NCBI GenBank assembly: GCA_964291495.2
Contig: OZ219871.1
Location: 1,280,001 to 1,344,000 of the forward strand
Source of the DNA: Dehalococcoidia bacterium
Lineage (GTDB): Bacteria; Chloroflexota; Dehalococcoidia; UBA2979
Length of the DNA: 64,000 nucleotides
Direction: 5' to 3'
Below the pieces are notes generated by a model. The model had not been told where the DNA came from. It made no database searches and saw only the letters and a list, made by a program, of their open reading frames with translations. This document shows, in pieces, positions 22,686 to 32,135 of the stretch (position 1 is its first letter; the number at the start of each line of letters is the position of its first letter). The translations under genes were made by a program, and so were the position numbers.

Positions 22686-24326
22686 TCACGAGGACGCCGC
22701 CTGCGAGGCAGGCTCCCGCGCCGCGCCCGCGCGGTACTGCAGCGCCGCACCCACGAAATCGCGGAACAGCGGCTGCGGGCGCAGCGGCCGCGAGGTGAAC
22801 TCCGGATGGAACTGCGTCCCCAGCATCCAGGGGTGGTCGCGCAGCTCCATGATTTCGACCAGCTCGCCGTTCGGCGAGCAGCCGGAGGCGATCAGGCCGT
22901 GCTGCTCCAGCACCGGCAGCAGCGCGTTGTTCACCTCGTAGCGGTGGCGATGCCGCTCGCGCACCTGCTCCCGCCCGTAGGCGGCTGCGGCGTGCGTCCC
23001 CTCGACCAGCCGGCAATCGAAGCCGCCGAGGCGCATCGTGCCGCCGTAGTCCTCGATGCCGCGCTGCTCGGAGAGCAGCGAAATCACCGGGAACGGAGTA
23101 CGCGGATCGGCTTCCGTGGTGTTCGCCTCCGGCATCCCGGCCACGTTGCGGGCGAACTCGCAGACCATCATCTGCAGCCCCAGGCAGACCCCGAAGTACG
23201 GAATACGCTGCTCACGCGCGTACGTCGCCGCGGAGATCTTGCCCTCCAGCCCGCGATCGCCGAAGCCCGGACAGACGAGGATGCCGTCGACCTCGCCGAT
23301 CGCCTCCTCCGGCGGCCGCGCGTCGAGCTCCTCCGAGTGCACCCAGTGGAAGTTCACGCGGGCCCGGTGGTAGACGGCGGCGTGGATCAGTGCCTCGCGG
23401 ATCGAAAGGTAGGCGTCGTGCAGCTCCACGTACTTGCCGACCACGGCGATGCGCACCTCGGAGCCGGGATTGCGCAGCCGCTCGACGAAGTCGCGCCAGT
23501 CGTCGAGGTCGGGCGCCGGCGTCTCGATGCCGATGCGCTTCAGCACCAGGTCGGCGAGCCCGCACGCCTCGAGGACCAGCGGGATCTCGTAGATCGAGTC
23601 GGCCGTCTGGAGGGGAATCACCGCCTCGCGCTCGACGTTGCAGAAGAGGCCGATCTTCTCGCGCAGCGCCTCCGGCGCGGGCTGATCGGCGCGGGCGATG
23701 ATCACGTCCGGCTGGATGCCGAAGGAGCGCAGCTCGCGCACGGAGTGCTGGGTCGGCTTGGTCTTCAGCTCCCGCGTCGAGCCGATGTAGGGCAGCAGCG
23801 TGACATGGATCGAGGCCGTCGCGTCCACGCCGAGCGTGTGCCGCATCTGGCCGATCGCCTCGATGAACGGCTGGCTCTCGATGTCGCCGATGGTGCCGCC
23901 GACCTCGACGATCACGACCTCGGCGTCCAGCGCGGCGCCCGCCTCGCGGATGCGCCGGCGAATCTCGTTGGTGACGTGCGGGATCTGCTGGATGGTGCCG
24001 CCGAGGAAGTCGCCGTGCCGCTCCTTGCGGATCACCTCTTCGTAGATCTGGCCGGAGGAGGTGGAGTTGGCCTGCGAGAAGTTCTCGTCGAGGAAGCGCT
24101 CGTAGTGTCCGAGGTCGAGGTCCGTCTCGGCGCCGTCGTCGGTGACGAAGACCTCGCCATGCTGGTACGGGGACATCGTGCCGGGGTCGACGTTGATGTA
24201 GGGGTCGAGCTTGAGAACGGAGACGCGGAGGCCGCGGGCGCGCAGGATGCGGCCGAGCGAGGCGGTGACGATCCCCTTGCCGACGGAGCTCACGACGCCG
24301 CCCGTGACGAAGATGTACTTCGGCAT
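22686..24326 (-). CDS. pyrG: CTP synthase
   Basis: KYIFVTGGVVSSVGKG, KLDPYINVDPGTM, GVCLGLQ, ERHRHRYE, QFHPEF. Confidence 0.98.
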   Translation of the reverse strand: MPKYIFVTGGVVSSVGKGIVTASLGRILRARGLRVSVLKLDPYINVDPGTMSPYQHGEVFVTDDGAETDLDLGHYERFLDENFSQANSTSSGQIYEEVIRKERHGDFLGGTIQQIPHVTNEIRRRIREAGAALDAEVVIVEVGGTIGDIESQPFIEAIGQMRHTLGVDATASIHVTLLPYIGSTRELKTKPTQHSVRELRSFGIQPDVIIARADQPAPEALREKIGLFCNVEREAVIPLQTADSIYEIPLVLEACGLADLVLKRIGIETPAPDLDDWRDFVERLRNPGSEVRIAVVGKYVELHDAYLSIREALIHAAVYHRARVNFHWVHSEELDARPPEEAIGEVDGILVCPGFGDRGLEGKISAATYAREQRIPYFGVCLGLQMMVCEFARNVAGMPEANTTEADPRTPFPVISLLSEQRGIEDYGGTMRLGGFDCRLVEGTHAAAAYGREQVRERHRHRYEVNNALLPVLEQHGLIASGCSPNGELVEIMELRDHPWMLGTQFHPEFTSRPLRPQPLFRDFVGAALQYRAGAAREPASQAASS

Positions 24327-24422
24327 CAGCCCTCGGATGGTTGGGGAGGACACGGACCATATTCCGCGCGCGCCGCGAAGGTGTCAACGCTCGGGGGCGT
24401 GGGCGCGCCCCAGCACAGCCCC

Positions 24423-24812
24423 CTACGGATCCCCTGTGTAGTCCTCAATGTCGCCCAGAACCGGTACGCGCCCGATGCCCCAGAGGATCACCTCCCGACT
24501 TCGCTCGAAGTCAGCATGGAACTCGAACCAGACCATGCACTCAGGCACATCCGGAAACCCGGGCTCCGTGAGGAGTAGCCCCTCGCGGATCGGTTCGTCG
24601 CCGTCAACGACCTTGATCCGCGGGTGCTCCCGGCCATCCCGGTACGCCTCGATCTCGCGATCAAGGACGTGCTTGATGCCGCCCTCAAGCAGCTGCAGTC
24701 GCGCCACGGCCCCCGGGACCACCGAGGCGAGTTGCGCGGAGAACTCGGGGGTTACCTCGAAGTGGTGTGTCCAGCGGCCGGGCGGCTGCTCACGAGGAAG
24801 ATCTCGTGGCAC
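24423..24812 (-). CDS. Hypothetical 129-aa protein; candidate toxin partner of the Panacea antitoxin
   Basis: GTG at 24812 overlaps the Panacea gene end by 23 nt. Composition is globular and the strand/helix pattern is loosely RelE/ParE-like. Confidence 0.6.
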   Translation of the reverse strand: MPRDLPREQPPGRWTHHFEVTPEFSAQLASVVPGAVARLQLLEGGIKHVLDREIEAYRDGREHPRIKVVDGDEPIREGLLLTEPGFPDVPECMVWFEFHADFERSREVILWGIGRVPVLGDIEDYTGDP

Positions 24813-25344
24813 GTCGTTCCGCCAGCGCCCGCTCCCACGCCGCAACCTCAGTTGGCGTCGGCTGGCGGTCAGAGATGTACGCGGTCTCGTACGGGATCTC
24901 CTCGCGATCACGCGCGAGCCTCCACCCCGCCTCGAGGTGCGACAACGCACTTACCTCCGACGCGTTGAGCTCTCGGAGGTCCGCAAGTACGGCATCTACG
25001 ATGGCGAGTTCGTCGGGATCCAGGACCTCGCTCACTTCCGACCTCCGCAGGGGGCGGATCACCTTCTGCGGGCGGTTGAAGTAGTGCCGTTCGAAGCGTT
25101 CGAGCTCCCCCTCTGCCTCCATTGAGCGAAGAGCTGGAAGCAGTTCCCGGGGGGCGGGCCCTCTGTCCAGGCGCTGGTAGGTAGCCCCGGTGATCGACTC
25201 GCCGAGCATTCCGAACGCCTTGAAATCGCTAAAGTAGAGAATCTTGTTGAGCTTCGTGGCCCCGAAGCGAGGATCCTCCTCCGACGCTTCGGCCACGTAG
25301 AGAACGAGTTCCCGGAACTTGCTGCTATCGAAGGTCCTGGTCAG
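24790..25344 (-). CDS. Panacea-domain (DUF4065/SocA-like) antitoxin
   Basis: KFRELVLYVA, ATKLNKILYFSDF, GESITGATY, RGPAP, ALSH motifs. The frame is open to CTG 25344 with an in-frame TAA just upstream. Confidence 0.85.
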   Translation of the reverse strand: MTRTFDSSKFRELVLYVAEASEEDPRFGATKLNKILYFSDFKAFGMLGESITGATYQRLDRGPAPRELLPALRSMEAEGELERFERHYFNRPQKVIRPLRRSEVSEVLDPDELAIVDAVLADLRELNASEVSALSHLEAGWRLARDREEIPYETAYISDRQPTPTEVAAWERALAERRATRSSS

Positions 25345-25554
25345 TGCCGCCCCCGGTTACTGCGCTGCGCTCTGCCAACAAGACAGCCGCTTACTCGGCT
25401 CACCCGTCAACACACTCTAGCCGGGTGGCACGTCCGCTGCCAAGAGCGGATCTCATGCGACCATCGGCATTCCTTGCCGACGCTGTACACCCCTCGTACG
25501 CTGAGCCGCGGGCAATCGGGCGCCCTTGAGGCCCGCAACTGGAGAGGCTCACGG

Positions 25555-26838
25555 ATGCCACCCGCCGAGGCGATCAATCCCCAGATCAGCACACTGCCCA
25601 ACGGCCTGCGTGTCATCACCACGCCCGTCCCCACCGCCCAGAGCGCCAGCGTCTCCTTCTTCGTCGGCGTCGGCTCGCGCGACGAGGATCCGCGGACCAA
25701 CGGCGTCTCCCACTACCTGGAGCACATGCTCTTCAAGGGCACCTCCACGCGACCCACCGCGCCTGAGATCAGCGAGGCCATCGAGGGCGCGGGCGGCGGC
25801 CTCAACGCCTACACCACGCGCGAGCTGACGTGCTACTGGAACAACATGCCGTTCGAGCGCGCCGCCACCGGCGTCGAGGTGCTGGCCGACATGATCCAGC
25901 GCTCCCTGCTCGACTCAGAGGAGATCGACCGCGAGCGCACCGTGGTCCAGCAGGAGATCCGCCGCGGCCACGACGCCCCTGCCTCCCGCGCCTCCGAGCT
26001 GATGGTGCGCGCCGTCTACGGTGATCAACCAATCGGCTGGCCCGTCACCGGCTCGATCGAGACCGTCGAGGCGCTCACCCGCGACGACTTCGTCTCCCAC
26101 GTCGAGCGCTTCTACGGCGCGGAGAACTCCGTGCTGTCCGTCGCCGGGAACGTCACGCACGACTGGGTGACCGAGGCGGCCACGGAGTGCTTCGACGGAC
26201 TGCGCGACGGCGTGGCCGGCGACGCGTCGGCCGCCGAGCACGGCCTGCCGGAGGAGTCGATCATCATCGAGGAGCGCGAGATCGAGCAGACCAACATCCG
26301 CCTCGCCGTGCAGGGTCCGGCGCGCCGCGACCCGGACCGCTACGCGCTGGCGCTGCTGCACACCGTGCTGGGGCGCGGCATGTCCTCGCGGCTCTTCCAG
26401 GAGGTGCGGGAGCGACGAGGGCTCGCCTACTCGGTCGCCTCGGGCGTCGCGCAGCACCAGGACATCGGCTCCTTCGTGGTCAGCGCGGGCGTATCGCGCG
26501 ATCAGCAGGAGGAGGCGCTGCAGGTGATCGTCGGCGAGCTGCAGCGCGCCGCCGACGAGCCCGTGAGCGCCGAGGAGTTGCAGCGCGCGAAGGACTTCGC
26601 CGCCGGCACCTTCCGCCTCTCGATGGAGACGCCGATGGCGCTCGGCCAGCACTTCGGCACGCAGCTGTTGCAGGACGGCGAGATCGAACTGCCCGGCGAC
26701 ACCGTCGAGCGTATCCGCGCCGTCGAGGCCGCCGATCTGCAGAGCGTCGCGCAGCGGCTGTTCGGCGGCGAGTACGCGCTCGCCGTCGTCGGACCCTCCG
26801 CCTCGGCGGATCGCCTCGGCGCGATCCTCGCGGCCTGA
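25555..26838 (+). CDS. M16 family zinc peptidase
   Basis: GVSHYLEHMLFKGT (HxxEH), NAYTT, GMSSRLFQEVRERRGLAYSV. Confidence 0.95.
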   Translation: MPPAEAINPQISTLPNGLRVITTPVPTAQSASVSFFVGVGSRDEDPRTNGVSHYLEHMLFKGTSTRPTAPEISEAIEGAGGGLNAYTTRELTCYWNNMPFERAATGVEVLADMIQRSLLDSEEIDRERTVVQQEIRRGHDAPASRASELMVRAVYGDQPIGWPVTGSIETVEALTRDDFVSHVERFYGAENSVLSVAGNVTHDWVTEAATECFDGLRDGVAGDASAAEHGLPEESIIIEEREIEQTNIRLAVQGPARRDPDRYALALLHTVLGRGMSSRLFQEVRERRGLAYSVASGVAQHQDIGSFVVSAGVSRDQQEEALQVIVGELQRAADEPVSAEELQRAKDFAAGTFRLSMETPMALGQHFGTQLLQDGEIELPGDTVERIRAVEAADLQSVAQRLFGGEYALAVVGPSASADRLGAILAA

Positions 26839-26848
26839 GCCGCCCACG

Positions 26849-27490
26849 ATGAGCGCGCCGCGCACGAACCTGATCCTGCTGCCCGGCGCTCCCGTCGCCG
26901 CGACCCGCGCCGACGCCGTCACCACCTCGCCCGACGCCACCGACGCCGCGCGCGCGGCCGGCGTCCCGATCGATGTCCGCCTCGCCCACCCGCGCGAGGG
27001 CCTGCTGCGCTCGCAGCTCGAGGCGCTCGATGGGCCGGTTGCCTGCGTGCTGCTCGCCGCGACCACGCAGCCGCAGGATCTGCGAGCGGCCGACGTCGAG
27101 CTGCGCCGGCACGAACTGCACCGCGGCCTCACGCCCGGCAACATCGGCCTCGTCCCCGAGATCGGGAGCGCCGCGGCCATCGAACGCCTGCCGCAACTGC
27201 TCGCCGCCATCGACCGCATCGCGAGCGTCGCGCTCGACATCGAGGCGGTCGCAGCCGACCTTCGCGCACCGGATGCGCGCGCCGAGGCGCTGCAGGCGCC
27301 GATCCTCGCGCGGGTCGCGCTCGCGGCGAGCGCCGCAGCGCTGCCCTGGACCGTCGGCGCGATGGGCTTCTCGCCCGGCGATCGCGCGGCCCTCGCGGCG
27401 CGCGCTCGGGTCCTCGGCGCCGCGGGGGTCTACGTGTTGGCCGAGTCCGAGGTCGCGGGCCTCAACGCGCTCTTCTCCGGCGCCGCCTGA
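26849..27490 (+). CDS. Divergent CitE/HpcH-HpaI family homolog
   Basis: Aligns by eye to the CitE barrel (VR, GL.PG.I.L, ADL, RVALAA.AA, RARVLG..G, LNALFS), but catalytic motifs are degenerate. Confidence 0.6.
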   Translation: MSAPRTNLILLPGAPVAATRADAVTTSPDATDAARAAGVPIDVRLAHPREGLLRSQLEALDGPVACVLLAATTQPQDLRAADVELRRHELHRGLTPGNIGLVPEIGSAAAIERLPQLLAAIDRIASVALDIEAVAADLRAPDARAEALQAPILARVALAASAAALPWTVGAMGFSPGDRAALAARARVLGAAGVYVLAESEVAGLNALFSGAA

Positions 27491-27499
27491 CTGCGGTCC

Positions 27500-28003
27500 C
27501 TACGGGATCCGCCCCAACCGCCGCAGCAGCGCCCGGATCTCGCCCACCACGCGGCGGTGGCGTCGCTCCAGCGTGCGCCGCGCTCGCGCGACGTACGCGC
27601 CGCCCGCCTCGTCGAGGAGCCCACTCGCAAGCGCCGCCTCCACCTCGTCCTCGTCCTCCCAGCGCGTCTTGATGCGGCCCACCGCGTCGACACGCACCAC
27701 GAGGTCGAGTAGCAGATCGAGGTAGCGCACCTCGCCGTCGTCGATCTCGACGTCCCGTAGCACGTCGAAGCGGCTCCGCACCTCGCTGCCCGCGTCCCGA
27801 GCGCCGGGCGGACGCACGATGTGGTAGCAGCCGTAGGGGCGGCGCGGCCAGAAGCAGCCGTACGAGTCCAGCGAGTCGGCGCCGCGCTCGATGCGGAACA
27901 GCACCAACAGCAGGCTCGGGCTGCGGTGCACCAGCTCGGTCGCGAAGCGCTCCTCGCTCCCGTCGAGCTTGCGCTTGACCTCGATGATCTCGCTCTCCGC
28001 CAT
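27500..28003 (-). CDS. DUF402-like protein
   Basis: YLDLLLDLVV...WEDEDE acidic motif. Confidence 0.7.
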   Translation of the reverse strand: MAESEIIEVKRKLDGSEERFATELVHRSPSLLLVLFRIERGADSLDSYGCFWPRRPYGCYHIVRPPGARDAGSEVRSRFDVLRDVEIDDGEVRYLDLLLDLVVRVDAVGRIKTRWEDEDEVEAALASGLLDEAGGAYVARARRTLERRHRRVVGEIRALLRRLGRIP

Positions 28004-28046
28004 CCGGCCAGCCTCCCGGCGCTAGACTACGAAACCGGAGGCGAGA

Positions 28047-28757
28047 ATGAGCGCACCGGCTGGACCCTCGGCCGTCGTCACGGGCGCCAACCGCGCCGAC
28101 GGCATCGGCCTCGCGCTCGTGCGCGAGTTGCGTGCCCGCGGCTGCGCGCCGGTCGTCGGCACCTACCGCGATGCCGCGACGAGCACGGCGCTGCTCGCCG
28201 AGACGGCGAGCGACCCGGACATGCTCGCCGCCGAGCTCGACGTCACCTCGGAGCAGTCGGTCGAGGCGTTCGGGCAATGGTGCGCGCGCCGCCTCGACCG
28301 CGTCGACCTGCTGGTGAACAACGCGGGCCTGGGCAGCGTGCCCGGTTCGATCGTGACGGCGCCGATCGAGGATCTCGAGCAGCAGGTGCAGGTGCACGGC
28401 ATCGGCATGCTGCGCGTGACGCGGGCGCTCCTGCCGCTGATGGGCCCCGGCTCGGTGGCGCTCAGCGTCTCGTCCAGCCTCGGCAGCATCGCCGACATGA
28501 ACGCCGGCTCGACCTACTACGCGCCAGCGAAGGCGTTCCAGAACGCTCTCACGAGGCAACTCGCAGCGACCGTGCGGGCCGACGGCGTGATCGCCTTCTC
28601 CGCCTCCCCGGGCTGGGTCGCGACCTCGATGGGCGGTGCAGGAGCGCAACTGACGCCCGAGGAGTCGGCGCGGCAGCTCGCCGACCTGCTGCTCGGCGCG
28701 GGGCCGGAGGACGCCGGCACGTTCCGCAGCCTCGACGGTGGCGTGATCGCCTGGTGA
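28047..28757 (+). CDS. Short-chain dehydrogenase/reductase (CsgA-like)
   Basis: VTGANRADGIG, LVNNAG, SSSLGS, YAPAK, PGWVATSMGG. Confidence 0.9.
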   Translation: MSAPAGPSAVVTGANRADGIGLALVRELRARGCAPVVGTYRDAATSTALLAETASDPDMLAAELDVTSEQSVEAFGQWCARRLDRVDLLVNNAGLGSVPGSIVTAPIEDLEQQVQVHGIGMLRVTRALLPLMGPGSVALSVSSSLGSIADMNAGSTYYAPAKAFQNALTRQLAATVRADGVIAFSASPGWVATSMGGAGAQLTPEESARQLADLLLGAGPEDAGTFRSLDGGVIAW

Positions 28758-28785
28758 GCCGCTCCGTCCACGCGAGCGAACGCGG

Positions 28786-29550
28786 TCACTCGATGACCAC
28801 GAGCCAGGCGATCAGCGGGTCCGGGCCTCCGTTTGGATCCAGATCGAGGCCGACGGCCACCCGGTCGCCCTCGCGAAGCTCGTGCGGGGCAGCGACCACG
28901 AGGTAGCTCGTGCCCGGCGCATCCCGGGCGCTTACCCGATCGCCGAAGACCAGGTCGACGCCCGGTATCGCATGGTCGCCCTCGAGATCGCGGAGCCGGA
29001 TCGATGCGCCCTCGACGGACTCGACCGTGCCGCTCACGACCGCCTCACCTGCCCAGCGCATCACGCCGCCATCGCTCATGTGCACGCGGTGCAGCCCGCC
29101 GAGGGCGTCCCGCAGCACGACGCGGAACCCCGGCGTCAGCACCGTGGCGCAGGCGACGCCCGGCTGCGCGACGCCCAGGCAGGCGTCCGGCCAGACGACC
29201 GCCTCGGCGATCTCCACGTCCAGGTCGGTTGCGGGAGCGCCAAGCCACTCGGCCATCAACTCGATCGCATTGCCCGTCACCAGCTCCAGCGGTTGTTCGC
29301 CGCTCGGCGTCTGCTCGCCAGCGGGCGTAGTCGGAGTTGCGGTCGCGTCGGCGGTCGGGCTGTCCGTGGGCGTGGGCGGGGCGGTCGGCGCCACGGTCGT
29401 TGGCGTCGGCGTCGCAGCCTCGGTCGGCGCGGTCGGACCGGCCGCCGTCGGCGAGTCGGCGACGGGGCTGCGCGGCGGCGGGCTGTCCGTCGCCGAGCAC
29501 GCGACGAGCAGCAGCACCGCTGCGAGCGCCAGCGTCAGCCGGGCGAGCAT
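28786..29550 (-). CDS. Putative lipoprotein with Thr/Pro linker
   Basis: Lipobox LVAC, T/P-rich linker, and WPDACLG...CATVLTPGFRVVL domain. Confidence 0.7.
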   Translation of the reverse strand: MLARLTLALAAVLLLVACSATDSPPPRSPVADSPTAAGPTAPTEAATPTPTTVAPTAPPTPTDSPTADATATPTTPAGEQTPSGEQPLELVTGNAIELMAEWLGAPATDLDVEIAEAVVWPDACLGVAQPGVACATVLTPGFRVVLRDALGGLHRVHMSDGGVMRWAGEAVVSGTVESVEGASIRLRDLEGDHAIPGVDLVFGDRVSARDAPGTSYLVVAAPHELREGDRVAVGLDLDPNGGPDPLIAWLVVIE

Positions 29551-29707
29551 CGGCGATTCCCTCCCGATCCCCACCTCCGAGGATAGTGCGGCGCGGCCTG
29601 CGGTATCATGTCCGGGACACCGCGCATCGGCGCCGGCGCCGCGCGCGGTGTTCGTGCGCCTCGATCCGCGGCGCACGGGCCAGCAGCAGCAGACGCGAGG
29701 GCGAGCG

Positions 29708-31024
29708 ATGCCGGCGACGGTCATCATCGGCGGACAGTGGGGCGACGAGGGCAAGGGCCGCGTCGTCGACTTCTTCGCACGCAACTGCTCCGTGATCGCC
29801 CGCTACTCGGCGGGCAGCAACGCCGGCCACACGATCGTCAACGAGCTCGGCAAGTTCGGCCTGCACCTCGTGCCGGCCGGCATCTTCCACGCGGAGACCA
29901 CCTGCGTCATCGGCAACGGCGTGGTCGTCAACCCGCAGGCGCTGATCGAGGAGCTGGAGATGCTCTCCAGCCGCGGCGTCGACACCTCGCGTGTGCGCGT
30001 CAGCGATCGCGCGCACGTCGTGATGCCGTGGCACCTCGCCATCGACGAGCTTGACGAGAAGCTGCGCGGCGAGCACGCGATCGGCACCACCGGCACGGGC
30101 ACGGGGCCGGCCTTCACCGACAAGACGGGCCGCCTCGGCGTGCGCATGATCGATCTCGCGCAGCCGGAGTCACTGGAGACCCTGCTGAGCTTCGTGCTGC
30201 CCTACAAGAACCGCATCATCACGGAACTGTACGGCGGCGAACCGCTGGACTACGAGCAGATCCGCGACGAGTACCGCGAGTACGGCCGTCAGCTCCGCCC
30301 GTTCGTCACCGACACGGCGCGGCTGCTGCAGGACGCGCACGACCGCGGCGAGCAGATCCTGCTCGAGGGCGCGCAGGGGACGCTGCTCGACCTCGACAAC
30401 GGCACCTACCCCTACGTCACGTCCTCGGTCCCGTCGTCGATGTCCGCCGGGGCCTGCCTGGGCGTGGGGCTCGGCCCCACGGCGGTCGACCGGGTGGTGG
30501 GGGTGTACAAGGCCTACCAGACGCGCGTCGGCGACGGCCCGTTCCCCACCGAGCTGTTCGGCGAGGAGGCCGCCGCGCTCCGCGACCACGGGATCGAGCA
30601 GGGGACCGGCGAGTACGGCACCACCACGGGCCGGCCGCGGCGCTGCGGGTGGTTCGACGGCGTGCTCGCGCGCCAGACGGCGAAGCTCAACGGCGTCAAC
30701 TCGATCGCCCTCACGCGGCTCGACGTGCTCGCACAGTTCGAGTCGGTGCAGGTCTGCGTCGGCTACGAGCTCGACGGCAAGCGGATCGACTCCCTCCCGG
30801 CCTCCCTGCGCGACGCGAACACCGTGCGGCCGGTCTACGAGGTGCTGCCCGGCTGGCAGCAAGAGGTGTCGGACGTGCGCCACTTCCCGGACCTGCCCCT
30901 GGAGGCGCGCCGCTTCGTGCGCCGTATCGAGGAGTTGGTCGACGCGCCCGTCGACATGATCTCTGTGGGACCGGAGCGCGAACAGGCAATCGTGACACGC
31001 GACATCTTCGGCGTGCCGCTGTAG
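29708..31024 (+). CDS. purA: Adenylosuccinate synthetase
   Basis: GGQWGDEGKG, NAGHT, EGAQGTLLD, GTYPYVTSS, GTTTGRPRRCGW. Confidence 0.97.
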   Translation: MPATVIIGGQWGDEGKGRVVDFFARNCSVIARYSAGSNAGHTIVNELGKFGLHLVPAGIFHAETTCVIGNGVVVNPQALIEELEMLSSRGVDTSRVRVSDRAHVVMPWHLAIDELDEKLRGEHAIGTTGTGTGPAFTDKTGRLGVRMIDLAQPESLETLLSFVLPYKNRIITELYGGEPLDYEQIRDEYREYGRQLRPFVTDTARLLQDAHDRGEQILLEGAQGTLLDLDNGTYPYVTSSVPSSMSAGACLGVGLGPTAVDRVVGVYKAYQTRVGDGPFPTELFGEEAAALRDHGIEQGTGEYGTTTGRPRRCGWFDGVLARQTAKLNGVNSIALTRLDVLAQFESVQVCVGYELDGKRIDSLPASLRDANTVRPVYEVLPGWQQEVSDVRHFPDLPLEARRFVRRIEELVDAPVDMISVGPEREQAIVTRDIFGVPL

Positions 31025-31057
31025 GCGGCGCCTCGAGGACACGGAGAGGGGACGACG

Positions 31058-31579
31058 ATGGAACATCTGCTGCCCGGCTTCCACGTGCTGTTCGCTGCCC
31101 TGCTCGTCGGAGGGCAGGTCCTGCTCGCCTTCGCCGTCATCCCCTCCACCTGGCTCATCGACGACGAGGGGCTGCGCCGCCGCGTCACGCTCGTCGTGGC
31201 GCGTCGCTTCACCTGGATCGTCGGGATCTCGCTTGTCGGGCTGATCGTGACGGGGCTCGCGCAGTTCTACACCGACATCTTCGTCCCGCCGGACATCCGC
31301 GAGAACATGACCGAGTACCACTTCGGCCGCGTCTTCATGGTGAAGATGCTGTTCGTCACGATCCTGATCATCATGATCGCCGTGCACGGCGCGGTCTTCG
31401 GCCAGCGCATCGCCCGCATCTCGGACGCCGTGCAGGCAGGCGAGACGGACCCCGGCGACCTCGAGCAGGCGCGCCGCACCTCGCTGGTCTTCTCCGCGAT
31501 CATGGTGCTGGTCTCGATCGTGCTGATCTTCCTCGGCGCCAGCCTCGGCAATCACGCCTACTCGCACAACCCGCTCTAG
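31058..31579 (+). CDS. 4-TM membrane protein (CopD/DUF4149-like)
   Basis: HVLFAALLVGG, VK..F, and a His in a TM segment. Confidence 0.6.
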   Translation: MEHLLPGFHVLFAALLVGGQVLLAFAVIPSTWLIDDEGLRRRVTLVVARRFTWIVGISLVGLIVTGLAQFYTDIFVPPDIRENMTEYHFGRVFMVKMLFVTILIIMIAVHGAVFGQRIARISDAVQAGETDPGDLEQARRTSLVFSAIMVLVSIVLIFLGASLGNHAYSHNPL

Positions 31580-31583
31580 TAGC

Positions 31584-32135
31584 GTGAGCGCGGCTGCCGA
31601 GGCGCCCCGACGCCTGCGCACCTTGCCCGACCTGCTGCGTCCCGGCCTCGACCTCGTCTTCGTCGGCATCAATCCCGGCGAGCGCTCGGCGCGCCTCGGC
31701 CACTACTACGGCCACCCCGGCAACGCCTTCTGGTCCGTCCTCTCGGCGAGCGGCCTCGTCCGTGAGACCGTCGGGCCCGAGGACGACCGCCGCCTCCCCG
31801 CCGAGTGCGGCATCGGCTTCACCGACGTCGTGAAGCGGGTGCAGACGGACAGCACGCGGGTGAGCGTCACGGAGCTGCGCGCGTCCGCGCCTGCCTTCCG
31901 CCGGCGCATCGCCTACGCCTCACCGCGCGCGGTCTGCTTCACGACGACGCGCGCCTTCGACGTGCTGCACCCACGCGTGCGGCCCCCGCGAACGTGGGGC
32001 CTCCAGCCCGTCCAGGTCGCGGGCGCCGACGCCTGGGTGATGCCCTCGACATCCGGCCGGGCCGCCAGCTACCGCGACGAGACGCACCGCGTGCTGCGCG
32101 AACTGGCGGTCGCACTCGGCCGGGTGGCGCCGTGA
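31584..32135 (+). CDS. mug: G/U mismatch-specific DNA glycosylase (Mug/TDG family)
   Basis: LVFVGINPG, GHYYGHPGNAFW, GIGFTDVVKR, MPSTSG. Confidence 0.9.
   Translation: MSAAAEAPRRLRTLPDLLRPGLDLVFVGINPGERSARLGHYYGHPGNAFWSVLSASGLVRETVGPEDDRRLPAECGIGFTDVVKRVQTDSTRVSVTELRASAPAFRRRIAYASPRAVCFTTTRAFDVLHPRVRPPRTWGLQPVQVAGADAWVMPSTSGRAASYRDETHRVLRELAVALGRVAP

Noticed and set aside
24390-25550. IS element or prophage remnant around the Panacea islet
   Set aside because: I saw no transposase, integrase, terminal inverted repeats or target-site duplication.
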